Virus record (IMG/VR): IMGVR_UViG_3300033121_002118
Coordinates: 1 to 64,000 of that record
DNA length: 64,000 bases
Strand: one strand, 5' to 3'
Source: a virus
Lineage: Duplodnaviria; Caudoviricetes
Positions 55,323-63,269 of this stretch are shown here, piece by piece. Every line of letters begins with the position of its first letter. The first letter of the stretch is position 1. Below the pieces are notes generated by a model, which saw only the letters and a program-made list of their open reading frames with translations, had not been told where the DNA came from and ran no database searches. Both the position numbers and the translations under genes were made by a program.

Positions 55323-55699
55323 GAGCACGTTTCACGCACGGGCAGGCGACTTCACGGCCTGAGGCAAGGTTGCGACGCATCCTGGTCTCCTCCTTCGGGC
55401 ACGACGCCGTGAAGCAGCAGGTGCGGATGGGCCGCTGGACCGTCGACTTCTACGTGGTGCCGTTGGACGTGTACGTGGAGCTGGATGGGGTCTACTGGCA
55501 CGGCCTGGACAGGCCCATGGACGTGATCGAGCGCTGTGGCACCCTCACGGACCGAAAGATCCTCGGTACCTGGCACAAGGACCGGCTGCAGGACGCCTGG
55601 TTCGGCGACAACGGGCTCAGGCTGGTCAGGATCACGGACAAGGAGCTCAGGACCTACGACGACTCGGACGTGCTCGACCGCGTCCGCGCAGGGTCCTGA
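55319..55699 (+). CDS. Stand-alone Vsr/DUF559-like nuclease domain (truncated HEG paralog)
   Basis: SRPE, VDFYV..YVELDGVYWHGLDRP, LRLVRITD; ATGA overlap. Confidence 0.75.
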   Translation: MRARFTHGQATSRPEARLRRILVSSFGHDAVKQQVRMGRWTVDFYVVPLDVYVELDGVYWHGLDRPMDVIERCGTLTDRKILGTWHKDRLQDAWFGDNGLRLVRITDKELRTYDDSDVLDRVRAGS

Positions 55700-55705
55700 G
55701 CGCCG

Positions 55706-56632
55706 TCACTGCCACACGCACTGTTCAGCGGTGCACAAGGCGGAGCAGCCGTCGTGGCTCGTCAGGTTGCCGTCGTCGCAGGCCTCGACGCCTGCCTTGA
55801 CGCCGTCGCCGCACGTGGTCGAGCACTGGCTGGGCGACCCAGCGCAGGCATAGCCTGCCTCGACCGCGCAGGCGGGAGAGCAGCCGTCGCCTGCGGCCTG
55901 GCCGCCATCGTCGCAGCCCTCGGCGCCTTCCACCAGGCCGTCGCCGCACACGGTCTGCGGACCCGCACACTCATACACGAGGGCGACTGTGCCTGGCAGC
56001 ACGTTCACGTGTGCGCCTGCGTTGAATTGGGCCAGGACGCAGTCGCCCGTGACCGGGCAGCCGTTCACCAGGGCCGCGACGTCGAACGACTCGGTCCTGA
56101 CCCCGCCCGAAGCCAGCGCGCGTGAGGGGCCCGACGCGGTCCTGTCTGTGCCGTCACCGGCGGCACCGGGAATCGTCCACGCCTCAGGACCCGACCTGTA
56201 CCAGGACGCCTGCAAGGTCGAGGCACACAGGCCGGCCACGCCCATCGTGGGTTGTGTGACGGGCCGCATGATGCGCCTGATCGAGACAGAGGTGCCGCCG
56301 TTCCACAGGGAGGCCTGGTAGCTGAGAACCGCGGACGAGACCTGGCAGCCGGGCGCGGGCACATGCACCATCAGGACCTCGGTCGCCGTGTTGCACCGCG
56401 CCGCGTTGTCAGTGTAGTCAGTGCCGCACTTGCACCAGGAGTTGCTCGAGGGATCGTTGCAGGCCGTGCCCGTCGGAGGCGCGTTCTGGGCGGTCACGGT
56501 GTACGCGATCGCCTGAACAGAGAGCGGGTCGAGCGTCGTGCCCAGAGCAGCGTCGGTCTGGAGCGGGCCGCAGCCCATCGCCACCGCGAGACCCAGGATG
56601 CACATACAGATGAGATTCATCGCCAGTTTCAT
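55706..56632 (-). CDS. Putative lipoprotein with Myxococcus cysteine-rich repeats
   Basis: Signal MKLAMNLICMCILGLAVAMG|C; CGDGLVEGAEGCDDG...GDGCS.AC and CGDGVKAGVEACDDGN...DGCSA.C. Confidence 0.8.
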   Translation of the reverse strand: MKLAMNLICMCILGLAVAMGCGPLQTDAALGTTLDPLSVQAIAYTVTAQNAPPTGTACNDPSSNSWCKCGTDYTDNAARCNTATEVLMVHVPAPGCQVSSAVLSYQASLWNGGTSVSIRRIMRPVTQPTMGVAGLCASTLQASWYRSGPEAWTIPGAAGDGTDRTASGPSRALASGGVRTESFDVAALVNGCPVTGDCVLAQFNAGAHVNVLPGTVALVYECAGPQTVCGDGLVEGAEGCDDGGQAAGDGCSPACAVEAGYACAGSPSQCSTTCGDGVKAGVEACDDGNLTSHDGCSALCTAEQCVWQ

Positions 56633-56694
56633 GGGAGTTCCTTCCTTCTTCTTCTTGTGGCAGTTCATGCGCACCAGACGGTGGCATGCGATGA

Positions 56695-57591
56695 TCAACC
56701 GAGGAGCGCCACCACGACGCCATTCGAGCCAGACGACGCGGCGGCAGCTGTGCCGGCCGACGCACCGGGTGCCCCGCCTGCCGCCGTGATCACGCCCGAG
56801 CCTGTGAGGGCCTGCGTCACGTACCAGATCACGCCGCCTCCGCCCCCGCCGCCGCCCCCTGCGTTGCCCGTCGCGTTGCCGCCGTGCCCGCCTTCGACCG
56901 TGATCTTGCCGTCGATCTGCATCGATTTCGCGCCGATCCACAGGCACCCGCCGCCGCCCCCGCCGCCGCCCGACACGCCTGCGGCGCCGTCGCCGCGTCC
57001 GGAGCCGCCGCCCGTGCCCCCCAGGAGCAGCGACATTGTCGTGCCTGCAAGCACGCGGCCGGGCACGCCTGATGTCGTGCGCCAACCGGTCGATCGCCCA
57101 TCCAACGCGCCCTTGCCGCCGCCTGAGCCGCCGGCGCCGTTGCTGTTGCTGCCGCCTGCGCCGCCCTGGCCGCCCACGACGTTGGACCCGAAGGTGCCAC
57201 CGCTCGAGACGAATCCGCCCGTGGCGCCGTTGCCCCCGGCGGTGCCGCCGCCCATCACGTTGTCGGACACAGCTGCGCCTGCCGTCGCGCCGGAGGCATC
57301 GTTGCCTTTTCGCGACACGGTGCCGCCTGCCTGGACGTCGAGCAGGACCGAGCAAAAGAGCTGCTCGGCGACGATGGTGGACCCGCTCGGGACCGTGAGC
57401 GTCGTGAAGTACTTGGGCACCGTGTACGTCGTCGTGCCCGCGCTGGCGGTCGAAGTGCCGTCCGACCCGTCCCCATACGCGCCCGAGGAGCCGCTCTGGC
57501 CCGCAGATCCTGCAGGACCCGTCGGCCCAGGAGGTCCGACGGAGCCGTCCGAGGAGGACCCACCCGGCGATGTCCAGCCCAGGTGTGCCAT
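56695..57591 (-). CDS. Glycine-rich fibre-like virion protein with short collagen stretch
   Basis: GPPGPTGPAGSAGQSGSSG, poly-Gly GGGGGGG.I/LW motifs. Confidence 0.7.
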   Translation of the reverse strand: MAHLGWTSPGGSSSDGSVGPPGPTGPAGSAGQSGSSGAYGDGSDGTSTASAGTTTYTVPKYFTTLTVPSGSTIVAEQLFCSVLLDVQAGGTVSRKGNDASGATAGAAVSDNVMGGGTAGGNGATGGFVSSGGTFGSNVVGGQGGAGGSNSNGAGGSGGGKGALDGRSTGWRTTSGVPGRVLAGTTMSLLLGGTGGGSGRGDGAAGVSGGGGGGGGCLWIGAKSMQIDGKITVEGGHGGNATGNAGGGGGGGGGVIWYVTQALTGSGVITAAGGAPGASAGTAAAASSGSNGVVVALLG

Positions 57592-57595
57592 GCGC

Positions 57596-57994
57596 TCACC
57601 CCACGCCTTCGAAACCGTTCGAGCCCGTGATGAAGAGGATCTGCTTCGCGGGCACGCCGGTCAAGCTCACCGCGAGCTCGTACTCGATCGACGACGTCGT
57701 CAGCGACCGCACGTAGAACTCCGTGAACTTGAAGTCGCCTGAGAACGACTCACCCGGCACCAGGGTGCCCCTGTTGCTGCCTGAGACGCCATTGGCGGTG
57801 AAGCCGTAGGCGATCCTGCATGCCATGTCGGAGCCCGTCAGCGCGTTCTTGAGCGCGAAACTGGAGGCGACGTTGGCGAACGAGTGCCTGACCGTGGTCA
57901 AGGCAGGCACGAAGGAGGCCGTGAGCCACGGCCAACCCGAGACGATGAACTCAGCGGCGAGGTTGCCGCCCGGAAGAGGGTTGTTGAGAGGCAC
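57596..57994 (-). CDS. Small putative structural protein
   Basis: AGGAG RBS, VSGWPWLTAS, beta-rich. Confidence 0.65.
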   Translation of the reverse strand: MPLNNPLPGGNLAAEFIVSGWPWLTASFVPALTTVRHSFANVASSFALKNALTGSDMACRIAYGFTANGVSGSNRGTLVPGESFSGDFKFTEFYVRSLTTSSIEYELAVSLTGVPAKQILFITGSNGFEGVG

Positions 57995-58024
57995 TGTCTT
58001 TCTCCTGGTGAAGCGCTCGTCGGA

Positions 58025-58327
58025 TCAACCGCCCGCGCGCGACCGGGCACGTCCGATCTTTTCGATCGCGACCTTCAGGCCCTGCAGGCAGGCCGCTAGC
58101 TCCTGGGCGATCTGTCGCGCGGCGACGTTGCTGTCCTGGGCCGCCGTGAGGGCGCGCGCGACGGTCGACGTCTTGGTCGAGGCCTGGCGCAGGTCGTCCT
58201 CGACCTGCGCCAGCACGTCCCTGACGCGCAGGCCACCGCCCTCAGCGTCCTCGTGCATGATCCGACGGGCTTCTGCCCTGATCGTCTCGCGGAGCTGGTG
58301 CTGTGTCAGTCGCCTGGGTCTGGACAT
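58025..58327 (-). CDS. Small leader-family protein
   Basis: MSRPRRLTQHQLRETIRAEARRIMHED... Confidence 0.75.
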   Translation of the reverse strand: MSRPRRLTQHQLRETIRAEARRIMHEDAEGGGLRVRDVLAQVEDDLRQASTKTSTVARALTAAQDSNVAARQIAQELAACLQGLKVAIEKIGRARSRAGG

Positions 58328-58332
58328 GGTGC

Positions 58333-58863
58333 TCACGCCTCGATCTGAAGGGAGCCGCTCGAGGCCTGGACGACGTAGGTGCCGCCGTCGGACCACAGGC
58401 ACACGCTGCCGCCCCGAGGAACAGTGAGCTTGTCGCCCCGAGCGAGCGAGGCGCCGAAGCCGCTCGACACGATCAGGGCGCCGCCTGCCACGGTGGAGCC
58501 GCTGACGGACCCGATGCCCGCGCCGTTGCGCGTGAAGAGGGCCCCTGCCTCGGTCCTGGCGGATCCGGACAGCATGAAGGAGAACGAGTTGTTGCACTCC
58601 TTGAACATGAAGTGCGCGCCCGGAAAGCTGCCTGGTGCGGGCAGCGTGCCCGTCGCGGCGGTGCTGCCGCTGACCCAGTAGAAGCCGGGCGACGTCAGCG
58701 CGAAGGCCGTGCCCACCTGCGACTGGCCCGTCGCCACCGTGCCAGAGGTCTCCATCTTGAAGGGCGCGAAGCCGAAGTTGTTGGAATGGCCCGCGACCTG
58801 GCAGCCGCTCGCGCCGTCGACCTGGTTGACGCCGTTCGATCCGATCCTCGTGCCGATCCCCAT
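58333..58863 (-). CDS. Gly/Ser-rich putative structural (decoration-like) protein
   Basis: TLPAP...PG..F.FK; TANNTA 58903-58908. Confidence 0.65.
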   Translation of the reverse strand: MGIGTRIGSNGVNQVDGASGCQVAGHSNNFGFAPFKMETSGTVATGQSQVGTAFALTSPGFYWVSGSTAATGTLPAPGSFPGAHFMFKECNNSFSFMLSGSARTEAGALFTRNGAGIGSVSGSTVAGGALIVSSGFGASLARGDKLTVPRGGSVCLWSDGGTYVVQASSGSLQIEA

Positions 58864-58996
58864 CTCGTCCTCGCCCCCTTCCGGCCCGTGCCGTTCGACC
58901 GATAACTAGGTCGACGATCGGCGGGCCTCCACAGGATGTACCGACCCACGTCAGGGTTGGCCCATGTCCGAGTTTCTCGGAATTGACTGCGACCTC

Positions 58997-59457
58997 TCAG
59001 CCCCTCTCGATGTGGCCGAGAGCGTTGCGGTCGGCCATTCGCCGGTACGGGTTGGGGACGTCCCTGCCGTACGTGTCGACCTCGTCGTCCGGGAAGTAGT
59101 ACTTGGCCTTGCTGCCGGGCACCACGTGGTCCAGCGACACGGCCACCTCCTCGCCGTAGCCGGTCTGGGTCTCGCGGTCGGCCTGATCGAACTGTCGGAC
59201 GACCCGGACGCCCATCAGGTCCTGGAAACGGTCGCTCATGACGCCGATCCTGTCCCCGGGTTCGAGCGTCGACAGCTCCGCTGTTCCATCGAGACGCAGG
59301 AACGATGACGTCCCAGCGGCCTCGGCGTCGTCCGACAGCGCCTGATGACCTCCCGCACGAACTCGCGGAGGCCGTCGAGCTCGGCATCGCCCACGACCTG
59401 GTATTCCTGGTCTGCGCCCAGGACAGGATCGTCTGCGATGCCGCCCACTACGTTCAT
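58997..59457 (-). pseudogene. Hypothetical gene apparently split by a 1-nt frameshift near 59340
   Basis: Frame 1 MNVVGG...LREFVREVIR continues plausibly in another frame as ALSDDAE...GHIERG. Confidence 0.45.
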
Positions 59458-59479
59458 GCTGGATCAACAACCAGATCAA

Positions 59480-60349
59480 TCATGCGCCTGCCTTCAGTGT
59501 CTTGGTCACGACTGCGGTGTACTCCTGCCTGGTCGTGAGCGTGGGCTTGATGACGCTGATGGCGGTGCCGCTGATGTTGTCGACGAGGTAGATGTTCCCG
59601 TCCGCGTCAGCCATCTTTTTTCTGTCACGAATGAAGTGTGCCTTCTCGCCGACGTCGAGACCCGCGCCCGGACGGGACGGAAAGAACACATACGAAAAGT
59701 CGGGCGGCTGGAACGTCTCGTAGTCCAGCGCATCCTCGCCGACGATTCCGGCGTAACGCCGGGCCCAACGGTACGTATTGGTGCGCTCAAGCTTCGCCTC
59801 GCTCGGCGACCTGGCGTCCCAGATGAGGCTCGAGGCGCTGTCGTCGTATAGCTCATGGCCCGCCGACTCGGCCGCGACGTAGAGCTGACGCTTCGTGAAC
59901 TTTGTCGCAGGCAGGACATCAAGAGCCCTGACGTCCAATGAGGCCTGCGCGCCACGCGCGGCCGAGGCCCGCTGTCTTTCCTGCTTCTTCTCGGCGTCCC
60001 TGATCTCCTCCATGCGTGCCGCTTGGAACCATGGCCCGCTGTCGTCGTGCTGCAGTGGGCCGATGCGCCACGTGGACGCGGCCTCGGGATCTGAGACGAG
60101 GAAATCGTGGATGCGTGCGTGCTCGGCTGGGCTGACGGTCGCGCCGTCGGCGTCGTGCTGGCGACCAGGCCTGACCCTCGACCACGAAGCATACGCGAGC
60201 GCCAGGCGGATCTTCCTGAGCAGCGGGAAGCGCCGTGCGATATTCTCGACAGCATCCATCTGCGCCTTCATCCGCCGCTCGGCCGCAGCGAAGTCATGCT
60301 TGACGGCCTCCTGCACAAGCCGCCTGATTCTGCCCAGCGTGATCCTCAT
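59480..60349 (-). CDS. Leader-family protein (289 aa)
   Basis: MRITLGRIRRLVQEAV...; TANNTA 60355-60360. Confidence 0.75.
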   Translation of the reverse strand: MRITLGRIRRLVQEAVKHDFAAAERRMKAQMDAVENIARRFPLLRKIRLALAYASWSRVRPGRQHDADGATVSPAEHARIHDFLVSDPEAASTWRIGPLQHDDSGPWFQAARMEEIRDAEKKQERQRASAARGAQASLDVRALDVLPATKFTKRQLYVAAESAGHELYDDSASSLIWDARSPSEAKLERTNTYRWARRYAGIVGEDALDYETFQPPDFSYVFFPSRPGAGLDVGEKAHFIRDRKKMADADGNIYLVDNISGTAISVIKPTLTTRQEYTAVVTKTLKAGA

Positions 60350-61209
60350 GCTGGTAGATAGTCGACCAACACGGCCTCGTGCTCGTTCGTGTCGGCCCAG
60401 GTGTGCAGGGCCGCCAGCTTGCGCTCGTCGTCTTCACGCACCAGGCCCTTCACCTCGAACACCACGGGCTCGTGCAGGGCCACAAAGTCGGGCACGTACT
60501 GGTGCTGGTTCCCGTCGCCTCCGACATACGGGACCCGCAGCCCGTGCTCCTTCGTCACCGGGTAGCCCTCGCGAACGCAGCGGTCCAGGAACGCCGACTC
60601 CCAGCTCGAGTGCATGCGCTCCTCCTTGCCCGTGAACGGGTTGTGCTTCCACTTCGCCTTGAAGGGCGCACAGGGGCCGATCTTGTCCTGTTCCAGGAGC
60701 ACGATGGCTCGATCGGAGGCCTCGCGACGGCGTTGCTGGGCGAGTGGTGAGGAAGTCCAGAAGCGCCTGTTGCCCTGCGAGACCTTTTCCGCGCGATTCG
60801 TGGTCGCATACGCCTCTTTCTGTGCAGCGCGCTGCGCGTCGCGGTACGCCTGGGTCTTCATCTGCTCCCGGCGCGGGTCGTCGCCGTCCCATCGCTTCTT
60901 CGCGGCCGCCGAGTAGCGTGCCCTCTGTTCCGCCGTGCGCCGCTTGCCGAAGTTGGGCGATGCCTCGCCCTTGAGCCTGCCCATCGCGTTGTCCTCGCCG
61001 GAGGCGGCGCATGACCTCGAGCAAAAGTCGCGAAACCCTCCGTTGTGCCACTTCCTCGGGCTTCCGCACTTGCACCTGGGCCAGATGCCGCCGTGCTCGT
61101 GGCGCACCAGGTACTCGACGTACGTCGTGCCGTGTGCCTTGCGCAGGTGGTACCCGAGCGCGTTCGGTGCCGAACACTCGGTGCCGCAGTCCTTACACAC
61201 GACAGCCAT
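60346..61209 (-). CDS. Putative homing endonuclease (Zn finger, NUMOD-like, TnsA-like PD-(D/E)xK)
   Basis: CKDCG..HLRKAH, FCSRSC, SSWE, YVPDF..FEVKG. Confidence 0.8.
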   Translation of the reverse strand: MAVVCKDCGTECSAPNALGYHLRKAHGTTYVEYLVRHEHGGIWPRCKCGSPRKWHNGGFRDFCSRSCAASGEDNAMGRLKGEASPNFGKRRTAEQRARYSAAAKKRWDGDDPRREQMKTQAYRDAQRAAQKEAYATTNRAEKVSQGNRRFWTSSPLAQQRRREASDRAIVLLEQDKIGPCAPFKAKWKHNPFTGKEERMHSSWESAFLDRCVREGYPVTKEHGLRVPYVGGDGNQHQYVPDFVALHEPVVFEVKGLVREDDERKLAALHTWADTNEHEAVLVDYLPA

Positions 61210-61252
61210 GCAACGACAGTAGATGGTACGATAGGTTTTGTTTGGAAACGAC

Positions 61253-61280
61253 GAGCGCCCTGGTGTACACCAGGGCGCTC
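61253..61280. terminator. 28-bp perfect palindrome downstream of the capsid gene
   Basis: GAGCGCCCTGGTGT/ACACCAGGGCGCTC, followed on minus strand by GTCGTTT. Confidence 0.6.
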
Positions 61281-61331
61281 TAGCCGATCAGGTCCTCACA
61301 TCATCTGATCCTGCGCCAAATTCGGCGCCGA

Positions 61332-63224
61332 TCAAATGATGTTAAGATCGAGCACTGTCACAATCCCGTAAAAATCACTGCGGATCATCTTCTTCCCGTA
61401 CCGGGTCATCACGCCCTTGCGGGGCGTGAAGTCCTCGGCCTGGAAGATGGTGGGCGTCACGATCAGCGGCACGTAGGGCGCGTACACGTACCCGGTCTCG
61501 AGGTAGCTGTTGCCCTTGTAGCCGACCAAGATGCGGTTGCGCGGGAAGTACGGGTCCTTGTAGACCGTGAACCTGTTCGACAGGCTTCCCACGTTCTCGC
61601 AGCCGATCGTGAAGGGCGAGCCCACCTGACCGTCGCCGTCGATCGAGTACTTGGGCTTGTAGAACACCGACGACTCGAGGATCGTGCAGACGTCCGGGCC
61701 CGTGACCAGGAAGTTGGCGCTGCCGCGCAGGGTCTTCCTGTGGATCGTGTTGGCGCAGTCGATGATGGTCTCGACCAGCGTCTGGTACCAGTCCGCGACC
61801 GTGCCCGTGAACTGCGGGCCGATCGACAGCGAGTTGGCCAGGTTGACGGGCGCGCCCGTCAGCTTGTTGACGAAGCGGCCCGGGGCGCGCGACCAGTACA
61901 TCTGGGCGCCGTTGGCCTGCGTGAGCAGGTCCATCAGGATCTCGCGGTCGATCTCCAGGGCGATCTGCTCGCTCAGGATGGTCGTGAGCTCCACCTCGGC
62001 GTCCATCGAGTGGTACGCGTTCAGGTCCTGCGCGAGCTCGGGGCTCCACTTGGCCCTGAGCTTCCTGGAGGTCGCCGTGATCGAGATGGACTCGATCTTG
62101 ATGTCGATCTCCGGGATGACAGGCGACGGCGTCGAGCCGAAGTCGGTCTCGAACGAGGGGACGGTCAGGACCGCGCCCGTGCTGTCGCCTGCCACCAGCG
62201 CGTCGGCGATGGAGATCGACATCTTGGCCGCGGCCGTGTTCCAGGTCGGAACCGAGCCGCCGTTGCTGAGCTTCAGGGCGAACAGGACGTGGTCACCGTT
62301 GAGCGGATCGGGCGTGAAGGTCGAGCCGTTCCAGTTGCCGCGCTGGTTGAGCCTGCGCAGGTTCAGGAGGCCCTGGCCCGACTGGTACGTCTGGCCCCAC
62401 GCCGTGGTGCTGCCCGCGCCCGGGAACGAGAAGACGGCCAGCTGGTCCACGGCCAGCAGGTCGGCCTTCGGGATCGAGGACTGGATGGCCGCGGTCGAGA
62501 CCAGGCCGAAGACCACGTCCAGCTGCGCGTTCGCCAGGTCCACGTCGATCTGCGGGTCGAAGCGGAGCATCCTGGCGTTGGTGCCCGAGAAGTCGGTCGC
62601 CGCCGCGACGATGCCGCCCGCGGTCCAGGCCTCGGACGCGCCCGTCCAGGCGCCGATGTTGAGGTTCGAGCCCGACATGCTGAGGGTGCCGGAGTGCACC
62701 TTCGTGTAGCCGGTGTTCACCATGTCGTACATGCCGCCCGTGGCGAGCGAGCCCGACTGGATCCCCTTGCCCGTGGGGTTGTTGTAGATCGACTGGCCGC
62801 GCTGGTAGGTCTCGAAGGTGGGAGAGCTGGTCATGCCCGCCTCGCCGCCCACGTTGGACCCGTACGTGTAGTCGATGAAGAAGATCAGGCCTGAGGGCAG
62901 CGACATGGGCTGGATCGAGACCAGCTCGTTCGCGACCAGGCCACCGAAGACGCGGCGGATGATCGGAAACGCGATGTTGCTGAAGCCCTGGATCTGCCCG
63001 CTCGACGTGACGGCGCCGCCGCCCGTCGACAGGGAGTTCGACTCGCGCAGGACCTGCGCCGCCTGGTTCTCCAGGAGCTGGGCCATGTACTCGCGGCGGT
63101 GGCTCTCGAGCCCACGGAGCAGGCCTGTCCTGCTCCACTTCTCGATGAGGCGCCGCCTCTCGACACCGACGTGGCGCTCGCGGAAGCCCTCAGTGAGCTG
63201 CTCGAGCGTGAAAAACTTCGCCAT
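61332..63224 (-). CDS. Major capsid protein (T4 gp23-like)
   Basis: LLENQ, FPIIRRVF, VSIQPMSLPSGLIF, SRKLRAKWSPELAQDL.AYH, EIDREI, YAPYVPL, FTPRKGVMTRY. Confidence 0.96.
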   Translation of the reverse strand: MAKFFTLEQLTEGFRERHVGVERRRLIEKWSRTGLLRGLESHRREYMAQLLENQAAQVLRESNSLSTGGGAVTSSGQIQGFSNIAFPIIRRVFGGLVANELVSIQPMSLPSGLIFFIDYTYGSNVGGEAGMTSSPTFETYQRGQSIYNNPTGKGIQSGSLATGGMYDMVNTGYTKVHSGTLSMSGSNLNIGAWTGASEAWTAGGIVAAATDFSGTNARMLRFDPQIDVDLANAQLDVVFGLVSTAAIQSSIPKADLLAVDQLAVFSFPGAGSTTAWGQTYQSGQGLLNLRRLNQRGNWNGSTFTPDPLNGDHVLFALKLSNGGSVPTWNTAAAKMSISIADALVAGDSTGAVLTVPSFETDFGSTPSPVIPEIDIKIESISITATSRKLRAKWSPELAQDLNAYHSMDAEVELTTILSEQIALEIDREILMDLLTQANGAQMYWSRAPGRFVNKLTGAPVNLANSLSIGPQFTGTVADWYQTLVETIIDCANTIHRKTLRGSANFLVTGPDVCTILESSVFYKPKYSIDGDGQVGSPFTIGCENVGSLSNRFTVYKDPYFPRNRILVGYKGNSYLETGYVYAPYVPLIVTPTIFQAEDFTPRKGVMTRYGKKMIRSDFYGIVTVLDLNII

Positions 63225-63269
63225 GACGAAAAACCTTTCCTTGCCCCAATTGGGGACTTCAGCCAGTGA

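Noticed and set aside
55706-57355. 549-aa ORF as a single gene
   Set aside because: Its N-terminal part is an off-frame overlap of the Gly-rich gene; the real start is ATG 56632, with an RBS and signal peptide
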